Source: Laetmonice hystrix (Eukaryota). From it: a DNA stretch of 64,000 nt. The notes below the pieces were generated by a model. That model saw only the letters and a list, made by a program, of their open reading frames with translations, did not search any database and was not told the origin of the DNA. The stretch is from the NCBI GenBank assembly GCA_965235115.1, contig OZ249441.1, positions 27,032,001 through 27,096,000 of the forward strand, written 5' to 3'. A program made the position numbers and the translations under genes. This document shows, one piece after another, positions 25,301 to 38,806 of this stretch; within the stretch, counting starts at the first letter, position 1; every line of letters starts with the position of its first letter.

Positions 25301-28300
25301 CTAACATCACCTCACTGAGGAATCCCTCACTGAGCACCCAACGCACCTTTTTACACTTCCAGCTTGACAACCTTCAATAATACGATATCTGAACTACACC
25401 CCCAACCCAACCCGACAAAAACTAAACAAGGAAAAGGCCGCCACGCCTTAATGGCCAAGTTTTATTACCCAGACAAAATAAGGTCATTTGTACCTACTTA
25501 CCATAAAATTTATGGTGCTCTATCATGTAACACTACAACACTGGGTGGTCAAGCATTACCACACCCAGATGGTCCCAGTCGGTATCAACTATCCCATGAC
25601 TTTCTCAAAGACCCACCCTTTCGATTAGAGGGTTGTTAACAAATTCCTTCCTGGCCAGTAGAATGAGTTGTGAGGTGATTGAGTGCAGATCAGAGCAAGG
25701 CACTGGTATGTTTTACCTGCGAACAACACCCACTGTACAGGATTTGGAGATCTGAAGACATGCTGACAGCAAGTGTCTTACGAACTCATTCCGAGCAAGA
25801 CACGCCCTGATAAAAGGGCGCATTCATAGTGCATCACTACCAGATTGTGCTTTTAACATTCGCTGTCAGTTTCTGTGGCGTGAAATACCACTTGATTAAC
25901 TCTACCTGTGCTGGCGTGTACTGGTATGTCTAAAGTACTGTAAACGTTCCATTCTGTGAATGACTCGAGCACATTCACTGATGGTGGTGGCTGGGGTAGT
26001 GGTGAGGGTGGTTGGGGGGGGGGGGGGGGGTAACGCGACACGCCTACAGATTGAAACATGTCAAACATAGATCATTGCCAGAGGGTAGGATGATACCAAG
26101 TCCTTCCCCTCCTTAATTAAAATCGTGTTAATTAATAACTTCACTGTCATACCAATCCTTTGCCTAATCGACCGTTATCCTGATTCACTGGAAATAGTTC
26201 ATCAAAATCCGCCAACTGAAGGCGTCGGAAAATTGAGCCTGTATATATGCAAGACGTCTCCCTTGATTGGGCCCTAGCCCACTCATTCCGTGCTGCTAAA
26301 CATTTCCAAGGCCTACTTCAAACATCCATTATACACCCAGATCATGACTGAAGTCCATTAGACTACAAGCCCCCTCTAAACCCAACTCGGCGACAATCAA
26401 TGCCCAACATCCAATCCAATAGTCTGACCATCTCGGTCGCCCTTTGTCCACTTACGTCCAGGCGGTCAGTATAAATGCAGTGACCTCGCTGACCAGTCGG
26501 CCACACTGCCCAATGACCACTTGAGGCTTTAAGTTGTTGCACCTGAGTTGAGTTGAGGTGGGAGTGAGGTGGCAATAAAAGCGCCTCGGTGCCTTTACTT
26601 AACCGCCATTGGCACACCTTCAATTGTCACAAGCTGGCTCGTTCCATTGCTCTTTTATTGCTGGTGGACAAATACGGGCCGAGTGGCTATATCACCGGGT
26701 CTGGTATGAGATCTGAGAGTTTGGGGCGGGGTGAGGCCCACCTCAACATTATCGATCCACACCGGCAATCAGCCGAGAAACCCGGGGCTGATCACTTTCA
26801 ATCACATACATTTTTCATGGAATGGTAAATCAGAAAATGATCGAATCTCGATGAAAGAGACCTCGCTCCATTGTGCGGTCTCTCCAAAACTATGTACATG
26901 TGTCTGACAGAGGCGCCGGTGATTCCGAACTATACCGCTGGACTCCTTCCAGCATTCGGAGACGGAAAGTCTCAATTTACCTCATGTATACCTTGAATAG
27001 CAACCGACAGCATCCTGGTTAAATGGTTTGACAGTGTAACGCCATATAAAACCATTCAGTATATTTGAAACCCTTGAGTAAGGAAGCTGAAAAATAGCAA
27101 AGGCCGTTTCTTTCTCCCACTCTTTGCCGGAGGTTAAATATGTAAAGTCAGATTAGGATGGCAGCCACGCGCACTTATTGTTGTAGAAATGTGAACCCAG
27201 CCATATGTTCTTTTTTCTTCTAAAGGTCACGTACCATCAATACCAAATCTATCTAACCTACCGACCATATGTTTTCCCTCTAAGTAGCCAATTATTTACG
27301 AACCAAAATAAAAATTAATGACTAGGAGCGAGTAAAAACCGGGTTTTTGACCGTCCCTGTGGGGGAAGGAGGCGGCCTGTCGGTCAGCGGGTAGGGGCGG
27401 AGACTGGCAGTGAAGGGGCTGACCCATGCCAATATAAACAAACCTAAGGAGGCGCCATGCCAGGGGCGCACCTCAAACTCTAAACAGACGAGGCGGCAGG
27501 AACCCGGTCCAAGGGAAACGGTGGAACACCGGCTTGGAACTTGTCCTGTTACCCGAACACCACAGGCCTGTAACAACTTCCACCAAGTCCGAGAACACTA
27601 CACGGACCCGTGGGTGTCTTTTTTCTGACCTCTTCACGCCAAGTTTGTTTATTTTCTATCAGACGACTCCAGTATTTGGGTTGGGGGGTTCAGAACCCCC
27701 CGCCGAGTGGGCCCAGCTTGAAGCTCGTCCTGCTGACTGGTTTGGATAATTACTGAGGAAAGGGGGGAGTGGTTTCTGGCCGATGAACACCTTCTCCTGC
27801 CGCACAGCTGGTCTATATTTTCAAGGTGTTGTACTGGCTACAAGTATATCGTTTTCCGTAGAGCGCCACTTGGTACCGACGCCTTATATGGATGTTTCAA
27901 TTACTTTCAGACATGCATCATGAAATTCACGTTTCAGCAATAATGTTTACCAGAAAAAGTCGCACTGCTATTGCTAGCCCTTCACTACAGATCTCGTCAG
28001 AGAAACACTCGACCTGCATGTGTTGTTTGTTCTACATCGACTTCTCACATGCAACACGCTGAAGCACATTAACCTTTTAGGTCAAATGTCAGCCATGGCG
28101 GAATATACAGTTACAGCGACAACTTCCACTGCCCCAGACAACTCCTCCCATACTGTACATACACACCAGCTGCCATAGGTCGGGGCTGACTTTCTTATCA
28201 TAATGGCGACCAAAGCATCCACTTTTATAACGATAAACTTTGCGGAGCTACTATATGCCTGCAAGCGCTACGTTATGAGGGACAGGGAGAGTGTCCTGGA

Positions 28301-31300
28301 TATCTTGGTACTGACACACAGACTGTGTTATCAACAAGTCGACAATACAGAGTTGTCTGGTTCCCCACCACTCCCCTTCTGACCACACACCCTTGGGGGT
28401 TCTATACCCTCCATGGTAGAATCCCCAGTGGGGGTCGGGGTTAGGGGCAGGGCTGGGAATAGGGGAGGTCTGGGGGCAGGTTCAGGACTAGGAACAGTAC
28501 CGGTAATAGAGTTTGACTTCTACCCATCAAATTTGGTGGCGATGTTACCATCGGGGTGACCCTCTAGATGACCCACCCACAAACGCCACAACCCAACAAC
28601 GTCTCGTCTGGTCCATTATTTGATAAAATCTCCACCGTTCCAGGACCTTCTCCCATCCCAGAGGTCGATCTTCCAGCCAGGGCTCCCCGGGGATAAATAC
28701 CTCTACCCGATCCCTTCCAACCCGCTACGGATCTCTTTCCGTGTCCGTGTCAGATTATCATTGGTGCACACGCACGCGCGTGATGGCAGTATAGGGGAGC
28801 TCTCCATGACGACGTGAAAGACGAACAACCAGTATAGAGGGAGCTGTCAGTGCCCGACATAACCGACAATCCAATCCCAGCCTCGGACTCAAACGTTCCT
28901 CTCAGATATGACGTATGGAGTTAGCATGGACATTGTGATTGGCTAACTTCCGACACCGACACCAACGTTCATCCTCACTGAACGACCTTGAACTGGTCAC
29001 GGCTTTCGCTAGGAGGGAGAGGTTGTAAGGGGTTGAGGGGTCAACGAAACCAGTATTCTCTATCATAAAGGACAGACCAAGGCCGCCACAGCCGGATTCT
29101 GACCGACAGTCCTTGAGCAATCACAACCAATGACTGATCAGTCTGATGGTGTGGTATAACCAATCAAGAAGCGTCACACTAGCGCTTTAGGTGGACTCTG
29201 CAATCCAAATATCTGCTCCCATCGGTGAAAAACGCCACAGCAGTATGAAAGAAGATATTTGATTGGTTGATAACCGTGGGTCGGTGAATACGGAAACTTG
29301 ACCCACGATACTCGCGGACCCTCAACCAGCGCCAACCACCACAATCAGTCAGCGTGACAATATGACGGCTGGCATGAGAAATAACCTCAACCTTATTGTA
29401 AAAGTGAAAACCAACACTACTGGTGAACTTATGAAACACTGACAGAGATAAAAATAACCTTTTTTCTTATTTGCATGAAAGATACAAGCGCTACTTATAT
29501 TTAGAAGAACGTGTATAACATTCCAACTCCATCCATCTTTAAGTGCACAACCTTGTCAACCCAAACGTGACTAGTTTGCCATCGACACCGATGTAGTTCC
29601 TTCTAGAAATGTGAGGCGTGTCCTCTCTGTCAATAATCTGTCCGACATTAAAAGCCTTGCCGATTTTCCCCTTCAAGTCCCGAGCTGACAGACGCCACTG
29701 CTTCCAGACTTTTGAAACTTTGCAGAGCATTTGTACAATCCCAACTTTCCCATCAGCGAGGACTACGGAGTGTGGTTTGAGGCGATATGACGACTCAATT
29801 CTCTCATGACTTTAACTGATACCACACAAAGGCCAGTATTTCGCCCTGGAGGAAGGTCTCCTGGGAATGCTGCCTCCTGACACCACCTCCTAGGAGACTC
29901 ACTTTTCTCGGATTTTTTTCTCCTCGCTGCCAGTGTCTTTCAGCAGATTGTCACAACTGACCCTGGTTTAAAATTGCCGTTCCGAGTGCCAGATATGCAG
30001 GGCGTGAAGCACTCTTCCCCCACGAGTGTTACCAATCCTCCAAAACGCATGAAAACCTTCTGTCATCGCATCACGGTGTTTTCACAGGCGCGAGTCACCA
30101 GGCAAAGGGTTTTCTTCAGATTGGGATGACCCGGGGCGCTAAGAAAAGACGGTTTAGCTTTCACTAAGAATAGAGTCTTTATATCATTGGATATGGCGTC
30201 GGGCCCTTGTGTATCGCTATCACTGGAAAACCAGGCAATAATTCCTGGTTTCACGCTGAATCGCATTCAGCTTTGCTTTTCATTCATACCTCGCCAAAAA
30301 AGTGTGAATAAACATGGTGATAAAATGGCAGCCCTATCCTGGGGCGAGGTACAAGTGATGGTTTGTTTACGTGTAAACTGCTACGCTCAATGACAGGGCC
30401 AGTGGACTGCTGAAAGCTTGGCCAAGTGTCACCGGTCCTATACCCTCGCCCCACTAATCGCTCCCTCTCTCAACCTATACTCTCCCTCCTACCACACCCC
30501 TAGCCTCCAGCACACAAACCCCTCCACACGTCCTAAACCGATACATAATGAATTATACAAGTTGTTCCTACGTTTTTGAAGGAAAACCAAACAATATCCA
30601 GGCGGTTGGTCCGTTCAACCCCTGCAGAAGTCGGTGTGTGTTTCAAGTCAGCCCCCAACCGCCGGCCACCACCTTAGGCTTGAAGTGACGTAATGACAGT
30701 TGATTGACAACACAATGTACACGGTAAATCAAGCCATCCACCATTTCTCATGTCACCATCCGCGGCAGTCAGTCAGTCGGGGTTAGATGCAGGGTGGGGA
30801 CAATGGCCACCGGAGTCTGGGCCATGTAACCTGTCGACAGACTATGGCAGCGCCCATGATAAATAGATTGTACATCGGCGGCTTACTCCACCTGGCCAGC
30901 CTCTTAAGTGGCAGTTCCCTTGGCGGCAAGGACTTCCTCGGCTTCTGTCTGCCTTCCCCAGATCGATATCAGTCTACAAACAGGGAGATTGCCCTCTTCT
31001 CCCTCTCCTTGTAACACACCCCCTGTATCAGTTCAATTGAAAACTAATGGCTACATGACCTTGCGTTGGGTACGTGAGTGTTGGGCGTACATTGATAACT
31101 GTATATGTCTGTGATTGAGACCAAGCCTGATTGTGATCGTCTCAAACCACAGGGTCAACCTTTCTTACGTCTCCCCCTCCCCATCACTTTCAAAGAGAGC
31201 CGCCGCTCTGATCACAAGGTTCACTACAACATGAAACCATAGATCTCCTACAAACATTTACCCTTACTAATTTGTCAAAGATTGTAAAGATGTAGTCGAC

Positions 31301-34300
31301 CCGGTTTTAGCAGTGGGGGGCTGTGCAAACTTGATCAAATCCTTTTTACTTTTTTTCCCCCAATCTCTCTCCACAGCAACCGCCTCGCAGGGAGAACGGC
31401 AGAAGAATTGAGCCCTACTTCTCATTGCCAGCTTTGTGAGCGATACTGACAGTGATAAATCACAGATGGTTAGCAAACATTTCTCACGACTGCCAAGATA
31501 AGAGCTCGCCCACCCCGTCCATGGACACCATTCTCTCATTTTCACCTCGCCATCAGATTACGTATAGAGCGATCATCAAGACCCAAGTCGATAAGCAGAT
31601 CTGTACTCTACGACACTAATGTGATACCACCGTCAGGGCTAACTGTAAAGAGATTCCGTAGAGCTGTGCTACAAAGAGTGGGCACCAACTCATAAGACGG
31701 CAGTGCGCGGCTCCACTGATGCTGAAGGTCTATGACGGGGCTTGGCAGGGCCCTGGCCTGCTACTGGAGTTTATCGGCCTATACGATCTCTGGCACGGGA
31801 GGGAACCGTTCGGCCGACTGGTTGGCGTGGTCCCTGCTCTGCCAGCTCTTCTTTCCACGGTACCTGCCATGTGATATAGACACGGTGGAGCCGAACCGAT
31901 TCCAGCAGCGGACCACAGAGGTAGTCGAGTACAACGTACGGTGTCATGTATTTTACCCACCTAACCTTGTCCAGTATTCTTACTACTGTTACTACCAGTA
32001 CACACGAATGACTGGATACTCCGGTTACACAGCCACTCTACCATTGACAGTCTCTGCTCACGATTCCAACAAAACAACTGCCAGAAACCAAACGATGCTA
32101 CTGAAGCAGCAAAAGGATGGCGGCCATTCAACAAATTATAGAGAAAACCGTCAAATATAATTAACCAAAATAGGTCCGTCTCAAGTGCCCTGAACATTCC
32201 TACTTTCTGCCCGACAAGAATATGATAGTGAATCCAGATTGCGCTTTCTGACACTCATGGAGAGACGGAGCCGGTTTGTAATAGATACCGACTTGACCTT
32301 TCTTCAAGAGTCTGTCCTTCATGCCCCGTCTAGTCGTACCAACTTGACGGGTTTAGTCCGGCAGATCAGTGATCCGACCGAATGAGTGCCTGGCGATCCT
32401 TTCAGGAGAACCAACATGTCGGAGGCACTGACCCCAACCAACCTAGGTCAAGGTCAGATTCTTAGGGGGAGATCCGATCCGCTGGCTGAGTCGTTCTCTC
32501 AGAGTATCCGGTGGCGCGAGTTGTGTCGAGTGTCAGTTAGAACTAGACGCAACCATCTCCATGATACCAGTACTGAGGGTAGTTTGTGGTGAGGGCGTCG
32601 GTTTCAATCGGCCAGCTGTATGTCTCTACAGCAAGCACAATACACCTCCGCCATATCATATCGATACAAGGCGTAAAATATCACCAAGACTGTATTTGGT
32701 GTTGTTTTTTTAAAAACTTATCTATACCCTGTGATCCTTCAATGACCACACACAACTTCTAGTGTTCATCTCATCAAAAGGTCAATGACAGTTGTGTGCA
32801 TCTAAAAAATGACTGCTAAACATTGCCTGTGGCTATTAAAAAGTAATGTCCCACCAAAAGAAAAAAAAGAGAATGGGGGGAAAAGGTTGGCCGCGTGGTA
32901 TTCAATTGGGTACTGCCTTTTACTTACACATGACAAGTTCACAATGGATGCATTTTGAAAGTTTCTACCCAAACATCAACAATGACAGTCAGACATGAAT
33001 CTGTCTTTGGGTGGCTCCAAACACATCATCTTTACAAAATAATGGCGCTAAAAAATGGTTCACCGCCTTGCCTGCACAGGGGAAGCTCTTCCTCTACGTC
33101 TCAAGTGAATTGAGTAGTTCTACGGCTGGTACGGTCATCGCAGATTTGGAAGACTTGAGTCGGTCTCACCGACACCCATAACTCTCGGCGTGAAAACTCT
33201 CCCCTCTATGTTTCTCTATGTGTAGAGAAGATCTTATGTCAATCTGAGCCCCACCCCTTTTACACGCGCGCTAAATCACTCGTGGTGGGTTCCTGAGTCG
33301 CCCATTTTATCTCACATTTCACCCTACGGCAACCGAAGTGATTTTACCCCACCGGCCAGGCGTGCATCCCAGGAGGAGGGTTAAAGGAGGGTCAACCCCT
33401 GTTGACAAACAATTCTTTTTCCCTATAGAACTTTCTGAATTGAGCCTCCTGAACCCCCGACCCGTGGACTTTTCCCGCTTTAACACCCCCCCCCCCCCCT
33501 CTCCACACACACACACCAAAATCCCGGATCCGACCCTGCCACCCCCACACCGCCCCCGCAAAGTTTTACTTCATGTCTGCTCTGGACAATAACAACTCCT
33601 ACACACTGCTGTGAGGTCCCCCAATATGATCAACGTCCTCCACTCTCCTAGAAGTCTCCTTCAATATCAAAGCCAACTCCTTTCTTAATGCAACCTTTGC
33701 CTTATGCCACGTGTATCTAAAAGTAATCCCTTCAATAAAAAAAAACTAAAGTCACAAGATCACATAGATCTGCCCATTTTCGGATGGCGCTAATCTCCAG
33801 GCAAACAGAGCGTGGCTTATGTGGCTTTTACTCAATGGATCACCTTCCCCAGCTTACAAGATGACAGAATAACGGCGGGGTGACCTCGACGTCCTGTCTC
33901 CGCCCCGACACGATAGTAGTAGTAGTTAGCTCTATAAGTATGCACGGATATGTACGGCGGCCCTTGGTAAACCACCTGCCCTGTCTGACGGCGACCCCCA
34001 CCCCCTGCTCCCCCAGTCTCCTCAAGCTATACCCCCGCCAGGTTGTAATCCCCCCTCCTCCCCGACACCGACAGTCTGGGGCCGTCCAGGATCGGCTAGG
34101 AGCCGGTAATCCCTGAGACCCTGCCCTGACCTTAACCCTACCCCCTCACCAACCACCATCGCCCACCATCATGAGAATCACTCATGAGAATACAGCAGGT
34201 TTCCTTGGCGCCTGCTTTAACATGTATAACGCTTGCTCTGTTCTTGGACTAAAATTACCTCATATTCACACCTGTGCAAGTCCACCATCATTAACCTCAA

Positions 34301-35334
34301 TTTGCCCCGCCTTGATCCCATAGTTTTTCATTTACCTGCGGCAGACGACAAGAGAACCAGCTACGTGATCTGGACTTAGTTTTTCAAAACATACTTTCTT
34401 GATCAAAAAAAAGGTTGAGCTTTATAAAGCAAGCAGTTTTTGAAAACAAGATCCTGGCTGTGCGGCTGATCCCTCACTGCGATCATATCAATCTTTGTAG
34501 TCTTTGTTACCTTTACATTATATTCAAACCCGCTTCGTCCTTTACTTTAATACCGCACATCTTTCCATCTCCCAGAATAAATACATTAACAAAACGCCAA
34601 CCCAAAAAAACACAACTGAACGTGAAATACAAGCGTACAGTATACATTGTACATGTTTCCTTTTCTACGAATTCCCCTTGTTTGCATGTATAATCCCGAC
34701 TATTTGACTGATTCTTGGAGTTTCTTTTCTTTCCTCTAAACTTTAATTCCCATATCCGTTCAAAAAAGCCCTGCTCATTACTTGATGTATAATTGATTTT
34801 CATGACTGTCCCAGTGTCTGCACGGTATAACGCCAACGGTAGTGCTAAAGTTACGACTAGAGCAATCCCGACGATACATCAGATTTACCGCTCACATGTA
34901 CCGTGTCCAATTCGCCCTCTGAAAGTCCGTATTACATTTCCCCGGTTAACACGTCTTGATTGGACAGACATCAATTAGATGAGAGCGAGAACCTGTTATA
35001 AGGCAGTACGTGCCACACAAGCCACCATCAATAAGCCAATCAAAACATCTAAAAAATAGACAAGTCTGACTGTACTTGGCACATCTAAAGACAGACGTTC
35101 TGGGTCGCTGCTTTAATTGAGATCACCTGGGACTGGTATTTGTTGGTATCTTGTTAATTAGAATAGAATTACACCTATGCCTGGCCAGCGTTTGGTAGTG
35201 AACTTGGTAACTGGTTATGGATACTGACGGCCTTAGTTAGCCTGGGGTTAACAAATGGCTGCGGACTATGGTCGTCGGTGTTGAAGAGGTTGGACCTCAC
35301 CAGGTCCTCGAGGTCTGTCTAACTCCATCTACTC

Positions 35335-35547
35335 AAGTGCTGAACCCACCAAGGCGATTCCCCTTGCGACGGCCATGCGGTTTTTGTTTTAATAGTGGAA
35401 TTTCACTCTGAAATTTTTCCTGGCTGGCCTTCTCCGTTTCAGGAAATGGATTCCATCCTTTAATCTCAAAATTACAGTAAAATAAAAGTGTGATGTCAAA
35501 ACCGCATGGGCGTCGCAAGGGGAATCGCCTTGGTGGGTTCAGCACTT
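35335..35547. mobile_element. 213-bp foldback/MITE-like element with 50-bp terminal inverted repeats
   Basis: 35335-35384 (aagtgctgaacccaccaaggcgattccccttgcgacggccatgcggtttt) is the reverse complement of 35498-35547 with one mismatch; 113-bp AT-rich spacer. No clear TSD. Confidence 0.8.
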
Positions 35548-37077
35548 CACACCTCTCCTGTTTCTCCTCACACCTGGAGGCCCCCCCCATCTCCTCCCCT
35601 CCACATCCCACCGTCCACCGCATGTCCTCGGAAATCTTCTTTTCACTATCTTACAAATATTTGATTGCGTCTCAAAGGAGAGATTTCTGTTTGCTTGGAA
35701 GGATTTGATTGCGCCGACGATGAGAGTAAAGGGTACGTGACATGTGATGTCATGACGTGACCCTGCCGTCGCCTGGCTCACTTGCCCGAGGTAAATGATG
35801 CTGGATCTTTTTGTGGAGGCTTCTGCTCAGTTGGGAATCCCATCTCCACATGTATCCTGACATGGCATTCATTGTAGCCCCCCCCCCTCCTTGCAAAGAC
35901 TAGCCTTCTACCCCCCCCCCCCCCACCCCCAGCGACTACATGCACCGCTACCTTCCAGGCCAGACCACGAAGGCCTCTATACCCCCACACGAGCGTTCCT
36001 TGGAGGGTTACGCGGTCACCAGCTAGACCGTCTGGCAATGATGACGTTATCAGTGACGTCATTACGTCATGTTCAGGTCTGCCGATAGAGGTCCCTGTGG
36101 GTCACGCTACCCGTTGCAACCCTTGGACGGTGAGGAAGCCTTGTATCCGACTGTCACTAGGGTCTGCCAGATCCCTATCTCTCCCCTCGGGCAGCCAAGG
36201 CGGGTCGCTTAGACCTGGGGCAATATTCTGCCTGATTACTACCTCAAACTGGGAGCGTCACCTCGCGCTCTCTCTCTCAATCTGATTTACCAAGGTTGAA
36301 ACCCTCCAAATTCCCAAATCAGCACTCCGCAGTCTTCAGCGCTGTACGCCTCCAGTTATTTGCTCCCTCGTGAAATTCCTGAACTGCTTTCCGTACAGTC
36401 CTGCTAGAAACTATGAACATGAATGGCGATGCTAGGAATCAATGCCGCCTCCCAGAGGATATCAGCTGTGTGGTTTGTAACCGACACGACGTCTCCGTGG
36501 AGATCTTAACGCCTTCCCGCTGAAAGCAGAATAATTTTATCTATTACGCCAAACTGTCTCTTAGCAGGTGACTCGCATCTACTGCAGATTCCATACATAT
36601 CATTTCTCCGCAGCTGTCATGTGTTAGGACAACACAAGTTGTATCCAGACTGTGACAGCTCAAGAAGAAACACTTGGGCTGACTTCTGAAGCCAGGATGC
36701 ACAGTTACTTAGGTTATATAAACATCTTATGACCCAGGGAATTCTCTCCCTATATAATCTGATAGGCCGGAGAAGTAGCAGCCCCGTTCTGATAGGCGTG
36801 CGGCTCTATGTCCCCTAAGGGCCCTTTTGTCCTTGGACCAAAGGCTAGGAGATCTTACACACATACAAACGGGCCCTCTATGCTTGAGCTTGGTTTCATG
36901 TAAAGTGACACGTAACACCACCTTGAGAATTTGACGACCTCATGTTTTCTGTCTCCCCCTTCATAGGAATGCATCTTGCGTCACGCTTAAATGTGTCCTT
37001 CCCAAAATATCATAATGTGACTCAAAACAAATACATGAATTTAGAACAACCCACAACCACCACTCATAGTGGAACGC

Positions 37078-37835
37078 AACAAGACCCCGTCGAGGTCACA
37101 GCCCTCAACTGGATAGGGACTAATGTGGGTCTAGAAACTGTGTTTTTTAGATACATTCCATGTGAGAACATCTTTAATACATAATCCACAAAGAAACGTA
37201 TGTCTTCAACCATCATTGGTAGTAAGATAGATAGTAAGAAATGAAACTTTTAATATGACTTCTTACCCTGAACCCATCGTTTTAGCAGCCATTTTGAATG
37301 ATATCAAAAATATGTTTGATCTTATCTTCCTTAGAGTGTCCCTGATCATTAAGGTCACTCAATGTCATGGAAAATGGCGCCAAACGAAACGTCTCCTATC
37401 TATCAATACTACAGTATAGCGTAATCTTGCACAATTTTCGAGATATGAGTCAAAACAGTGTTATTTTGGGTGTCAAAAAACAAATATGACCCCCATGTCG
37501 CCACATTTGCTCTGAACTAAGCATACTTTGCATATACATTGCCCCTCATATCCTAGAGTGCACAAAATTAGAAAGAAATCGGGATCGTTTTGTCCGAGTT
37601 AAGGCTCAAAATGTCTTTACATCAAAAATGGTTGCCAGCGGCTATTTTGAAGGACATCAGGAATCCATTTGCCGTGCGTCATGCAGACCATCCCTGATCG
37701 TCGAATAAAGTTTCATGCAAATTGTCCCATTCACTTCTGAGAAATCGCTGTCTACGGAAGGACGGACGGACGGACGGAGGGACGTACGAACGGAGAGCGA
37801 ATTGGAAACCCCACCCCTTCGATTTAGGGGCTAAA
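37078..37835 (+). mobile_element. Non-autonomous Helentron-associated (HINE-like) element, copy 2
   Basis: Diverged homolog of 8537-9363. 5' aacaagaccccgtcgaggtcacagccct, (GACG)n microsatellite at ~37760-37790, 3' ccccttcgatttaggggctaaa hairpin. No TSD seen. Confidence 0.7.
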
Positions 37836-38692
37836 CACTATCTCCTCTTATGCACCTCAAAAGATTTGACAGAAAACGGTTGCTTTTCAGCACTTTCTAG
37901 ACCAGATAAAGTATCAGCCATTCCGTTATCTTTGCATGATATGGGAAGGAACCCTGGGACAATATTATGCTGTTCAATGACGGCTATGGAAGTGACGTTG
38001 GTGATAGTTCAATGAAGAAAGCCATACGTTAACATCTGTCGGCCTGACAACCAGCCGCGCTCAGACATCCATTCCGCTTTATCTGGCCGTACACAGCACA
38101 ACAGATAAGTCACCACCAGACAGGCCCAAGACAGATCGATGTCTAATATACATATGAACAGGCAGCCTCACCATAACAGATACCTGGCGGCAACTCATGA
38201 ATCTTTATCTCCAAGTAGACTTCGCTCAATTTGAATCAATTATCCGAGTTTTCTACAGTTTTTTCTCTCCAGTGATCATTCAAACTGTTAAAAAGGTAAC
38301 GGTATGTTGTCCCTGGTGACAGATTGGGGGGCTAACCCCTCCCCCTCTCTCGGTCCCAGGGCTGACCGCCGGTATAGCGGACCCTGCTCTGACATATCCT
38401 CTTCAAGCCGCCCACCTGACGTCTCGTCCGTCTTGGGTCAGTAAAACGATGGATCGGTCAAGATTTGTGGCGCCAGATTCCTCACCTAACGTGAGTGGCT
38501 GCATTACCGAGCCCGGCTCACATTGGCGACTCCTTCTACCGTGGGATAACTCCTGGGGATTATCCCCCGCCAACCACTCCACGGTCCCCACCCCCATCGG
38601 TTACCAACTAATCCTATACTCATTACATCGAGGCCAACAGGCGGTCAGGCCCGGCCGCTGGGCGACGTAAGTCACACGGAATGCTAGACCAC

Positions 38693-38806
38693 GGCTCGGT
38701 TTGTCAAAACATACCGTCTTGTTTAAGATTAAGCTTAACGCTTCTGATTGGCTGGTTTTAAACTTTACCTTAAGCAAAAACTTCAGTTACGAAAAGTCGG
38801 GCCCAG
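38693..38806. mobile_element. Short degenerate Harbinger-like MITE
   Basis: ggctcggttt...aaagtcgggcc ends flanked by cac/cag; contains ttaagattaagcttaacgcttctgattggctgg, similar to 43367-43546 and to the reverse complement of 55408-55473. Confidence 0.5.

Noticed and set aside
27340-27600. GC-rich block (gactggcagtgaaggggc) reminiscent of a non-LTR retroelement 5' UTR
   Set aside because: Only vague recollection of similarity and no downstream ORF; cannot be supported from sequence alone.
29539-29730. ORF with ARDLKG and NYIGVDGKLVTFGLTR faintly resembling kinase motifs
   Set aside because: No HRD/DFG residues in correct order or spacing; no flanking kinase exons.
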